NCBI GenBank assembly: GCA_937861125.1
Contig: CALMAY010000037.1
Location: 4,941 to 68,940, forward strand
Source of the DNA: an uncultured bacterium
Lineage (GTDB): Bacteria; Patescibacteriota; Patescibacteriia; Magasanikbacterales; UBA922
DNA length: 64,000 nt
Direction of reading: 5' to 3'
Shown here in pieces: positions 18,584 through 27,166 of this stretch. The stretch's first letter is position 1, and every line of letters begins with the position of its first letter. The notes beneath the pieces are model-generated. The model did no database searches. It worked only from the letters and a program-made list of their open reading frames with translations, and was not told the origin of the DNA. Both the position numbers and the translations under genes were made by a program.

Positions 18584-19775
18584 CACGACGACACAAAAAA
18601 AATGTCTTGCCTGTGGCAACAACCCGACTCATCATACCATGACATGGTTCAACCAAAGTTCAACCATCTTTATGATGGCATTTAGTCGCAGTACTGCATC
18701 GCTCTTTTTGTACCCAATTGTCTCAAAAACAATTGATTGGCTCTTTCGCTACTGGATGCTTTTGTTACTCAAATGTGGCATTGTCACAATCAATACTGAC
18801 ATTGATAAAGCACCAAGCTATCGTGGCAAAGTACTGTGGGAAGAAGCGCAAGCACGTGGTATACCAATGCACAACTTTTTTACATTCAACAAAGCCACGG
18901 ATATTTACGAAGCCACGGTAAAAGGAAAACATATCTTTTTTACTGGCCTCCCACGTCCAGCAGCAACCAAGACAGGATCAGAGTGGTGGCTCGATGACAA
19001 ATGGATCCTCAAGCAGAAACTCATGGCAGCCAACCTTCCCGTCGCACGCGGAGGTGTCTTTACTACATTTGCTCCCATGCGAGAATTATTCAACCAGCTC
19101 GAAAAACCAGTGATCATCAAACCACGCCTCGGATCACGTGGTCGACATACAACCACATATATCACCACAGAAGACCAACTTCGTGACGCGTTTACCAGTG
19201 CCAAACAACTCTGCCACTGGGTAATCATGGAGGGACATCTCATCGGCAGTGTCTATCGTGCCACCATGGTGGACAATAAACTCGCAGGCGTGCTCAGTGG
19301 TGACCCACCACGTGTGACAGGAGATGGCACGCACACTATTGCAGAACTCATTGAACAAAAAAATGCAACCAGACATCCTGGAATCAAAGATGTCGTCCCG
19401 ACAAATGCACACCACACATTTTTGTCTCGTTTAGGACTCACACTTCAGAGCGTACTACCCACAGGAAAAACCATTGACCTACTAGAAAAAATCGGTGTCT
19501 CATACGGTGGCAACAGTGGCGAGGTAACGCACCTCACACATCCAGAAATTAAACGAATATTAGAAGAAGTGGCCAAAGTGGTTGATGACCCCATCGTCGG
19601 TTTTGATTTTATCATCGAACACATCGACCAATCCCCACATACCCAAAAATGGGGTGTCATTGAATGTAACGGCGTTCCATTTATTAATTTGCATCACGAC
19701 CCAATTGAAGGACCATCAAACAACGTGGCAGCAAAAGTATGGGATTATGTGGAGGCGCATGTCGATGAACTGTGA
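18573..19775 (+). CDS. ATP-grasp ligase, cyanophycin-synthetase (CphA) N+G-domain-like, with an N-terminal hydrophobic region
   Basis: VIIKPRLGSRGRHTTTYITTEDQLRDAF...GSVYRATMVDNKLAGVLSGDPPRVTGDGTHTIAELIEQKN parallels the CphA ATP-grasp core. There is no Mur-ligase-like domain (400 aa). Residues about 25-70 are hydrophobic. Confidence 0.7.
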   Translation: MSNNTTTQKKCLACGNNPTHHTMTWFNQSSTIFMMAFSRSTASLFLYPIVSKTIDWLFRYWMLLLLKCGIVTINTDIDKAPSYRGKVLWEEAQARGIPMHNFFTFNKATDIYEATVKGKHIFFTGLPRPAATKTGSEWWLDDKWILKQKLMAANLPVARGGVFTTFAPMRELFNQLEKPVIIKPRLGSRGRHTTTYITTEDQLRDAFTSAKQLCHWVIMEGHLIGSVYRATMVDNKLAGVLSGDPPRVTGDGTHTIAELIEQKNATRHPGIKDVVPTNAHHTFLSRLGLTLQSVLPTGKTIDLLEKIGVSYGGNSGEVTHLTHPEIKRILEEVAKVVDDPIVGFDFIIEHIDQSPHTQKWGVIECNGVPFINLHHDPIEGPSNNVAAKVWDYVEAHVDEL

Positions 19776-19814
19776 TCACACAACACACAAACACTGTAGC
19801 ACAGAAACACACGA

Positions 19815-19941
19815 CGTCATCCTGAGCGGCTGAACATAGTGAGGGAGTCGAAGGATCCCGACCACCCCAACAGTAATCAAACATTTTTAAACATTCGTTA
19901 GTGTACAAGCACTGGGATCCTTCACTGCGTTCAGGATGACG
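19815..19941. repeat. MITE-like palindromic element, copy 2
   Basis: Termini CGTCATCCTGAGCGGCTGAACATAGTGAGGGAGTCGAAGGATCC and GGGATCCTTCACTGCGTTCAGGATGACG. Confidence 0.8.
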
Positions 19942-19990
19942 TGTATACAAAAAAAGATTCTTTACACAAAGAATCTTTTTTAATACATTT

Positions 19991-20299
19991 TTATCGTTCA
20001 AATATGACGAGAAGTATTGGACCTTTGTCAATTACTTTCCCCACAATACCATTGAGATACGGCCTGAGTAATGATTGAACACGTCTCTTCATAGCGCCAG
20101 TACCAGTACCGCAGACAATCCCACACCCATTTTCTCCAGCATTCGACATATCAGTAATAAATCGATCAATATCTTGTTCTACATCGTCTGGCATCCTACC
20201 ATGCAAATCAATTTCTTTAAGTGTCCTATGTTGATACGCCAATTCAACCGCAAATATTGCAGCATCTAAATGTTTTTTTGGACTTTCTGAAAACGACAT
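19991..20299 (-). CDS. Smr-domain protein
   Basis: IDLHGRMPDDVEQDIDRFI...GCGIVCGTGTGAMKRRVQSLL fits the Smr pattern (DLHG ... HGxGxG). 102 aa. Confidence 0.7.
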   Translation of the reverse strand: MSFSESPKKHLDAAIFAVELAYQHRTLKEIDLHGRMPDDVEQDIDRFITDMSNAGENGCGIVCGTGTGAMKRRVQSLLRPYLNGIVGKVIDKGPILLVIFER

Positions 20300-20305
20300 A
20301 AAAGG

Positions 20306-20340
20306 TGTGCCCAGAGGGAGACTCGAACTCCCTTGGCTTT
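20306..20340 (-). pseudogene. duplicated 3' fragment of tRNA-Leu (att-like direct repeat)
   Basis: 20306-20332 (TGTGCCCAGAGGGAGACTCGAACTCCC) is identical to 21224-21250, which is the T-arm and 3' acceptor strand of the intact tRNA-Leu. No 5' half is present. Confidence 0.85.
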
Positions 20341-20375
20341 ATCAACAGGTAAAATTAGTCTTGAGATAAATATTT

Positions 20376-21125
20376 TTAACCAAGCTTTGCTAAATTCTTG
20401 CGGCAAATAGAACAATTGCAATTATTTTCTTCAATTAACACTTTTCCGCCGAAAGGTATTGAAACGTGGGTAATGATAGCGCTCCAGTATTTGAATTTTT
20501 GTTTCAGGTTACGAGCAGTCAAAAAATTTCTCAGATAATTAGCTAAATTTTTGTCCCAAGTTTCTAAATCCTTAAGCATTCTTTTGTTGCTTACCCACCA
20601 TTTCCGATTTATTCGATAATATATTTTAAGCACGTCATCAATTCCACCGTTCATACAGAGCAACGCAGCATGTGGATCTTTTTTTAAATTCCGCCTTACT
20701 TTATTATCACAATTGTAAATCAGATATTGCTGAAATTGGTACTCCGTTTTAGCAAACCCAATCCGTTTCATCTTACGAGTGGCTTGTCGTAGTTTTTTTA
20801 ACTTACCTGTCTTATCAAACAAAATAATAGATTCAGCAATGAACGGTATACGTTCAGATTTGGTTATTTGTTTCTCAGTCAGTTTTAACAATTGGTCGTA
20901 AGGGAAAAAAGTAATATCTAATTTGATTCCTTCAATAAAAGGGTGGTTAACCTGCTCGCAGTATGTAGAGTCTCTCACAATCACTCTGACATCCAAATCA
21001 CTATCTTCTGTAATTTCACCCCGAGCAACGGAGCCAAAGATAAAAGCACCTACATAACGATCATCGCTTTCGAGCTTTTTTACTATGTTGATCGCTTGTT
21101 TGAATTTTTGCGATAAAACAGACAT
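20376..21125 (-). CDS. nucleotidyltransferase-domain protein (MNT/KNTase-like) with a helical C-terminal domain
   Basis: N-terminal Pol-beta-type NTase motif GAFIFGSVARGEITEDSDLDVRVIV. The C-terminal half is helical and contains RNLKKDPH (RX6H-like). 249 aa. Confidence 0.7.
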   Translation of the reverse strand: MSVLSQKFKQAINIVKKLESDDRYVGAFIFGSVARGEITEDSDLDVRVIVRDSTYCEQVNHPFIEGIKLDITFFPYDQLLKLTEKQITKSERIPFIAESIILFDKTGKLKKLRQATRKMKRIGFAKTEYQFQQYLIYNCDNKVRRNLKKDPHAALLCMNGGIDDVLKIYYRINRKWWVSNKRMLKDLETWDKNLANYLRNFLTARNLKQKFKYWSAIITHVSIPFGGKVLIEENNCNCSICRKNLAKLG

Positions 21126-21225
21126 AGGTTAAAACTGTCACTGAGGATTATTACCGCTCAACTTATTCAAAATTTTTTCTCCTATACAAATAGCCACAAC
21201 ACTAACCCTCAGGTCGTCTGCAATG

Positions 21226-21306
21226 TGCCCAGAGGGAGACTCGAACTCCCATGCCTTGCGGCGTCTGCTCCTAAGGCAGGTGCGTCTACCATTTCGCCAT
21301 CTGGGC
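21226..21306 (-). tRNA. tRNA-Leu(UAG), CCA not encoded
   Basis: Reverse complement: GCCCAGA-UG-GCGAAAUGGUAGACGCA-CCUGC-CUUAGGA-GCAGA-long variable arm-GGGAG-UUCGAGU-CUCCC-UCUGGGC-A. The anticodon loop CUUAGGA gives UAG. Confidence 0.9.
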
Positions 21307-21406
21307 GCGAAATATACACAGAATACTACTGTGTTTTACTCCATCTGTCAATCGTACGTGCGATGAATTTACAAATTGATCAGTTAACCAATAACCAGGT
21401 AACTGT

Positions 21407-22027
21407 CTAACTTACCAACTGATTAACTGACCCACTTCCCATATATCGCTCCACCGTCGAGACCACCGCCTGAATCATCGGATCAATCTCCACATTCACC
21501 TTCTCCCCTACTTGCTTTCTCCCAAAGGTTGTTTTTTCAATTGTCTCTGGAATCAATGCGACAGAAAACGTACCCGCTTTTGCATCGGGATCAATAACAG
21601 TGAGACTGCACCCATCCAACCCAATAAATCCTTTTTGAAAAATAAATTTCATGTACTGTGGATCAATCTGAAATGTCCAACGATTTTCAATGATCGAAAC
21701 AATTTCCGCAGTTGTCATCACATGTCCACTCATCACATGTCCACCCACCTCGGCACCAAAACTCATCGAGCGTTCGATATTTACCTTACTACCAATCTCA
21801 AGCGTACCAAGGTTGGTACGACTCAGCGACTCTGCAATCACATCAAAGGTCGCATGACTCTGCTCATATGAGACGACTGTCAGACACGTACCAGATACAG
21901 ATACACTCGCACCAATCTGCACACCATCAAAAAGCCCATCAGATGAGGTAAGGACAAACGTACGGATACTGTCATGATCAGTGATCGATGTGACTGTAGC
22001 CATGCCTGAGACGATGCCGGAGAACAT
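21407..22027 (-). CDS. ribE: riboflavin synthase (alpha chain)
   Basis: MFSGIVSGMATV..., GASVSVSGTCLTV, GGHVMSGHVMTTAEI, GFIGLDGCSLTV and LIPETIEKTTFG match the duplicated-barrel riboflavin synthase. I chose the start at MFSGIV (22027). Confidence 0.9.
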   Translation of the reverse strand: MFSGIVSGMATVTSITDHDSIRTFVLTSSDGLFDGVQIGASVSVSGTCLTVVSYEQSHATFDVIAESLSRTNLGTLEIGSKVNIERSMSFGAEVGGHVMSGHVMTTAEIVSIIENRWTFQIDPQYMKFIFQKGFIGLDGCSLTVIDPDAKAGTFSVALIPETIEKTTFGRKQVGEKVNVEIDPMIQAVVSTVERYMGSGSVNQLVS

Positions 22028-22186
22028 ATAGAAAACTATACAAAATACATGGATAACGATACACGAGACTGATAAAAAAAGCAAGAAAAAAGACCATCAT
22101 TGATAGACGATCTTTTTTAAAAAAAGTAAAGTTTAACATCTTCTATATACGCTTATCAATATTGTTTATCTCCAAAATATCCCTTT

Positions 22187-22714
22187 TTAGTCTTCTCCAT
22201 ATGGTTTTTTAAAAGCTTCCCTTGCTTCCGGTGTCATGCTTTCAAAATAATTAATACATGCATTAATTTCCATTGTATCCAACACAGTTTTTGAGATACC
22301 AACTAAACCGCCAAGGTTTTCCATAATTTTTGGAGGGATGGCCTGTTGTGCTTTCTTGACAGTCTCAATTGCACGACGCATAGATGTAATATATCTATCT
22401 ACACTAGATTCATTCTCTTCATCTTCGCCCATTTGATGCATATATGTTTCCTCCTCCTCGGACACACCAATAACCTGCACTATCGCATCTGTTATAAAAA
22501 TAACATCATACTCTCCGATGTACTTTTGCTTGTATCTAAAAGTAACATTCTCAACACCACTAGCTACTGCAGCAATAGCCTCATACGGATCTGTTTTAAC
22601 GTTCTCTCTTAGCTCCCTCTCTCTTTTCTCTCTTAAGTGATCTCTTAAGATTATCGACTCTTCTGTTGGTTCTTCTGGCATTCTTGGTAATGATTCTGGC
22701 ATAAAATGTAACAT
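22187..22714 (-). CDS. hypothetical protein (175 aa)
   Basis: ORF only; charged, helical-looking sequence with no recognised motif. Confidence 0.5.
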   Translation of the reverse strand: MLHFMPESLPRMPEEPTEESIILRDHLREKRERELRENVKTDPYEAIAAVASGVENVTFRYKQKYIGEYDVIFITDAIVQVIGVSEEEETYMHQMGEDEENESSVDRYITSMRRAIETVKKAQQAIPPKIMENLGGLVGISKTVLDTMEINACINYFESMTPEAREAFKKPYGED

Positions 22715-22771
22715 AGCTCAGATAACTCTGATAATACAGATATATTACCCCCTCCTACAACTTTTCGTCAA

Positions 22772-22806
22772 TAGAAACAAAAAACACTCACCATCCGGCA
22801 AGTGTT
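22772..22806 (-). terminator. intrinsic terminator after pnp
   Basis: AACACT...AGTGTT stem, followed on the minus strand by TTTTTTGTTTC. Confidence 0.55.
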
Positions 22807-22835
22807 TTCATCTCAATCTTATTCTTAATGTTCAA

Positions 22836-25208
22836 CTACTCACTCTTCTTCCCAAACCCAAAGAATCCACGTTTCTCTTCTTTCTTCTCTGGTGCTGGAG
22901 TTGCTACTGGAGCTGTTGGTGCAGATGGGACTGGTGGAGGAATAGGACGATTGAACTGCTGTGGAGGACGTGGACCGCGATCAAAGCCGCCACGATTACC
23001 GCCACCGTGACCACCACGGTTTCCACCACCACTAAACCCACCACTGCGTGGAGGACGAGAGTCCATCGGAGGACGTTCGACATAGCCATCTGGTTTTGGT
23101 GTCAGCGCACGGATAGAGAGATTGACACGACCCATGTTATCGATTTCTTTGACCAACACTTTGACCTTGTCACCAATCTTGAGGGCATCACTTGGTGCAT
23201 TGGTGCGACCCCATGAGATCTCAGAGACATGGACAAGTCCGTCTTTACCTGGGAGGATGTTGACAAAGGCACCAAAGCTCTCGAGACGTACCACCGTACC
23301 ATCATACTGCTCACCAGCCATCACCTCTTTGGTGATCAAGTTAACCTTTTCAATCGCCGCTGCCATCGCAGCGCCATCCACACTGGTGATGAGCACACGA
23401 CCATCCTGTTCGATGTCGATATCTACTCCTGTTTCTTCGATGATTTTCTTGATTGTCTTTCCACCTGGACCAATCAAATCACCAATCTTTTCTGGATTGA
23501 TCTGAATCGTCGTGATACGTGGTGCGTATGGTGAGAGCTCGGTACGAGGAGCGGCGATTGCCTCTGCCATTTTTTTCAAGATAACGAGACGTGCTTCACG
23601 AGCCTGTGCAAATGTTTGACGGATAATATCCCAACTCAAACCCTGTGTTTTGGTATCCATCTGAATCGCGGTAATACCGACATCAGTTCCAGCAATTTTG
23701 AAATCCATTCCGCCAGGACCGTCTTCGACATCCTGCAAATCAGTCAACACTTTCCAAGAAGATAGATCAGATGTAGAAGCAAGTCCCATCGCAATACCTG
23801 CCACTGGACGTTTGATTGGTACACCTGCTGCCATCAGTGAGAGTGATGAACCGCAAGTTGACGCCATCGAACTACTTCCGTTACTCCCAAGCACTTCAGA
23901 CGTCACACGAATCGCGTATGGGAAATCAACCTCTGCAGGCAACACTGGCTCGAGTGCGCGCTCAGCCAGAGCACCGTGACCAATCGCACGACGACCCGGA
24001 CCACGCATAGGTCCTGCTTCACCGTATGTATATGGCGCATCAGAGTAGTGATGCATGTAGCGTTTTTTGAATTCCTCATCCATGGTATCTACTGTCTGTG
24101 CGTCGCCAGGAGCACCCAGTGTCACAGTCGAGAGTACCTGTGTATCACCGCGCATAAACATACCGCTCCCGTGGACACGTGGGAGAAGATCCACTTCTGC
24201 ATGCAATTCGCGAATCTCAGTGAGACTGCGGCCATCCAAGCGTTGTTCTTTACTAAGGATGCGTTCACTGATCACAATACCAACCATCTCTTTGGCAGCA
24301 ACACCCATCTGCTCGATCAATTTTTCATCCACTCCCTGTTCTGTGAGATATGTAACCACTCCTTCTTTGAGTTTCTTGACCATACCAACACGATCTTTGC
24401 GTCCGATTTTGATAGAGTCAAAAATGACTGTGTCCGCACATGATCGGATATAGTTGAGTGTCAGATCAGTGACACGAGCGACCTCTTTTTTCTCATCAGT
24501 TTCTGCTGGCACATATTTTTCTACTGCCATCTCTTTTTTTATTGATTCGATAAAATCAATCAATGCTTTGGTTTGATTGAGACCAAATTCCATGGCAACG
24601 AGTGCTTGATCTTCTGGCAACTCTTTACTATTGCTTTCAATCATGACAAGTTTTTCTGGTGTACCAGCGAGCATCATGTCGATATCACTTTCTTTCATCT
24701 GTGCTTCAGTTGGATTGAGGATCAACTCTCCTGCCACACGACCAATCAATGACGCACCCATTGGACCATTCCATGGGATTGGTGAGATAGAGAGGACTGC
24801 GCTCGCAGCCACAAGTGAGACAAGTGTGAGGTTAGCATCGGTGTCATATGAAAGTGGAGTGAGTACGAGCTGCACCTCATGGCGCATACTATTGTCAAAG
24901 AGTGGACGAATCGCACGATCCACCACACGACCCCAGAGAATTGATTCGTCAGATGGGCGACCTTCACGTTTGATAAAACGAGAACCTTTGATCTTTCCTG
25001 CTGCTGAGAGTTTTTCTTGGAACTCAACACTCAGTGGAAAGAAATCTACCCCTGTTTTTGGTTTGTCACTCATCACCACTGTCGCGAGCACGACGGTATC
25101 GCCGTACTGGACTGTGAGTGAACTAGTTGCCTGCAATGCGTACTTACCTGTCTCGATGATCATGTTACGACCACCCCAATTTGTTGACCAACGTTTTACG
25201 TTCAACAT
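22836..25208 (-). CDS. pnp: polyribonucleotide nucleotidyltransferase (PNPase) with an RGG/Pro-rich C-terminal tail
   Basis: Two RNase PH domains, KH (GPGGKTIKKIIEETG) and S1 (GTVVRLESFGAFVNILPGKDGLVHVSEIS). 790 aa, including a low-complexity tail of about 85 aa. Confidence 0.96.
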   Translation of the reverse strand: MLNVKRWSTNWGGRNMIIETGKYALQATSSLTVQYGDTVVLATVVMSDKPKTGVDFFPLSVEFQEKLSAAGKIKGSRFIKREGRPSDESILWGRVVDRAIRPLFDNSMRHEVQLVLTPLSYDTDANLTLVSLVAASAVLSISPIPWNGPMGASLIGRVAGELILNPTEAQMKESDIDMMLAGTPEKLVMIESNSKELPEDQALVAMEFGLNQTKALIDFIESIKKEMAVEKYVPAETDEKKEVARVTDLTLNYIRSCADTVIFDSIKIGRKDRVGMVKKLKEGVVTYLTEQGVDEKLIEQMGVAAKEMVGIVISERILSKEQRLDGRSLTEIRELHAEVDLLPRVHGSGMFMRGDTQVLSTVTLGAPGDAQTVDTMDEEFKKRYMHHYSDAPYTYGEAGPMRGPGRRAIGHGALAERALEPVLPAEVDFPYAIRVTSEVLGSNGSSSMASTCGSSLSLMAAGVPIKRPVAGIAMGLASTSDLSSWKVLTDLQDVEDGPGGMDFKIAGTDVGITAIQMDTKTQGLSWDIIRQTFAQAREARLVILKKMAEAIAAPRTELSPYAPRITTIQINPEKIGDLIGPGGKTIKKIIEETGVDIDIEQDGRVLITSVDGAAMAAAIEKVNLITKEVMAGEQYDGTVVRLESFGAFVNILPGKDGLVHVSEISWGRTNAPSDALKIGDKVKVLVKEIDNMGRVNLSIRALTPKPDGYVERPPMDSRPPRSGGFSGGGNRGGHGGGNRGGFDRGPRPPQQFNRPIPPPVPSAPTAPVATPAPEKKEEKRGFFGFGKKSE

Positions 25209-25417
25209 ATCTATATGTGTTGTACTGGTCCTGAATAGATAGATCCGCGAGCGGAGCTAGGTTACTCAGGAACAGTGTGGTGAATAAAAACAAAAAATTA
25301 AAAGGATACAAGATACAAACAATACTCAATTTCCAAATTACAATTTTCGATATATTGTGATTTGTGGTTTTTAATTTATTTGTGTCCTTGTGTCCTTTTT
25401 CTTTTTAATTTTAAAGA

Positions 25418-26014
25418 CTATCGTCGAAACTTTGGTCTCATCGTCCTACGTTTATCATGCATTGTAAAGACTGCCACATTTTCAGACAGATCCAAAAACT
25501 CATCAGCGACCTCCTGCAACTTCATCGATACTGCACTCCCAAATCCTGCCACCTCCACACGTTTACCAAATCCATCTTGGAGATAAGTCACGAGCGGGAC
25601 ATAGTCTCCGTCCCCTGATAATAGTACCACAACATCCAGTGATTGCGCGAGACGAATCGCGTCCACTGTCAACCCGACATCCCAATCCCCTTTTTTATTT
25701 CCTGTATTGATAAATACTTGCAAATCTTTTTGTCGAATTTCAATGCCCATCCCTTCAAGTGCCTCAAAAAAGGCTTGTTCATCAGGATTGTCTGTACGAA
25801 TCACATACGCAATCGCCCGGATAAGCTGACGACCAGCTACCACCTCTTCGAGAATGGCACGGAAGTTTACCTTTTTTCCAAACAACGCTCGCGCACTATA
25901 GTAGAGATTCTGTATATCAAGAAACACCCCTACGCGCTGGTCGGGGTGTTTGAGAAATGAAGAATTATTTGTCGTCAGCAATGTCTGATTCATCGATATC
26001 GTCATGGTCGTCAT
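25418..26014 (-). CDS. NYN-domain (LabA/DUF88-like) protein
   Basis: VGVFLDIQNLYYSA...LLSGDGDYVPLV is typical of LabA-like NYN nucleases. The start is uncertain (Met codons at 26014, 26005 and 25993); all candidates overlap the rpsO 3' end. Confidence 0.75.
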   Translation of the reverse strand: MTTMTISMNQTLLTTNNSSFLKHPDQRVGVFLDIQNLYYSARALFGKKVNFRAILEEVVAGRQLIRAIAYVIRTDNPDEQAFFEALEGMGIEIRQKDLQVFINTGNKKGDWDVGLTVDAIRLAQSLDVVVLLSGDGDYVPLVTYLQDGFGKRVEVAGFGSAVSMKLQEVADEFLDLSENVAVFTMHDKRRTMRPKFRR

Positions 26015-26318
26015 CTAGTGTCGCAGAAGCACCTGGACGAACGAGTGCTTTTGCTTGTTTGAGTTTGAGTTTAACAATCACATCCTCGTAACTTTTTGCG
26101 TTTTCTTTTTGGAGATAGCGCAACAAGCGACGACGTTCACCAACTTTCTTTAAGAGTCCGCGACGTGATGAGTGATCTTTGGCATGCAATTTGAGGTGTC
26201 CAGTCAGCTCCTCGATCTCAGCAGTGAGGATAGCGATTTGGACTTCACTCGAACCAGTATCTGATCCGTGTGTTTGGAACTTTTTGATAATGTTTTGTTT
26301 CTTTTGTTTACTCAACAT
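25965..26318 (-). CDS. rpsO: 30S ribosomal protein S15 with an acidic C-terminal extension
   Basis: TGSSEVQIAILTAEIEELTGHLKLHAKDHSSRRGLLKKVGERRRLLRYL is S15. About 30 extra residues follow, ending LDDDHDDIDESDIADDK. Confidence 0.92.
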   Translation of the reverse strand: MLSKQKKQNIIKKFQTHGSDTGSSEVQIAILTAEIEELTGHLKLHAKDHSSRRGLLKKVGERRRLLRYLQKENAKSYEDVIVKLKLKQAKALVRPGASATLDDDHDDIDESDIADDK

Positions 26319-26441
26319 AGAGTGATATATTTACAGGCCGACATCGAGCACACCCCAGGTGGGCCAAATCGTGGTCTGTCTCCCATGACAGGAGAATAAA
26401 TGAATGATGTAATGATAGCAGAAAGGGGCTTTTTTGTCAAC

Positions 26442-27092
26442 CTAACTCTGAGCCAATTGTGCCTCAACTTCGGCAGCAAAATCGACCTCTTTTTTTTCAA
26501 TACCCTCACCAAGCTCAAAACGAGCAAAGCGGCGAAGTGACATTTTTTCTCCAGTTTCAGCTGTTTTTTCTGAGAGCACCTGTTCCACAGTTTTGTCTTC
26601 ATCACGAATGTATGCTTGCTCAAGCAAACAGATGTCAGAGAAGAATTTGTTCATCTTGCCCTCAACAATCTTTTCAATCATCTCGGCTGGTTTGCCTTCT
26701 TGTTTGAGTGTCTCACGGTGAACATTTTTTTCTGCCTCAATCTCTGCCTCAGTTACCTCAGCACGTGAGAGATAGCGTGGACTACTTGCGGCGATATGCA
26801 TCGCAATACCACGAGCCAGATCTTGAAAGGCTGGAGTATTTGCCACAAAGTCAGTTTCACAGTTGAGCTCAAGGAGCACACCGACACGTCCACCAGCGTG
26901 AATATAGCTCATCACCACACCCTCAGCAGCAACTTTGTCAGCGCGTTTGGCTGCCTTTGCGATTCCTTTGGTACGGAGCAATTCAATTGCTTTTTCTAGA
27001 TCACCACCGACCTCTTCAAGTGCTTTTTTACAATCCATCATGCCAGCACCTGTGCGAGCGCGCAGGGTAGCGACATCTTGTGCAGTAGCCAT
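26442..27092 (-). CDS. tsf: elongation factor Ts (short form)
   Basis: MATAQDVATLRARTGAGMMDCKKALEEVGGDLEKAIELLR is the EF-Ts UBA-like N-terminus. I chose the start at 27092. Confidence 0.92.
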   Translation of the reverse strand: MATAQDVATLRARTGAGMMDCKKALEEVGGDLEKAIELLRTKGIAKAAKRADKVAAEGVVMSYIHAGGRVGVLLELNCETDFVANTPAFQDLARGIAMHIAASSPRYLSRAEVTEAEIEAEKNVHRETLKQEGKPAEMIEKIVEGKMNKFFSDICLLEQAYIRDEDKTVEQVLSEKTAETGEKMSLRRFARFELGEGIEKKEVDFAAEVEAQLAQS

Positions 27093-27166
27093 ATGTTTAA
27101 AATGAAAAATTATGAATGAAGAATAAAAAATAATCAAATGATCATACGATCATCTGATTATCAGTA

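Larger units (their letters stand above)
20306..21250. mobile_element. remnant tRNA-Leu-integrated islet (single cargo gene, no integrase)
   Basis: A 27-bp perfect direct repeat of the tRNA 3' end brackets about 0.9 kb of visibly AT-richer DNA carrying one nucleotidyltransferase gene. Confidence 0.5.
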
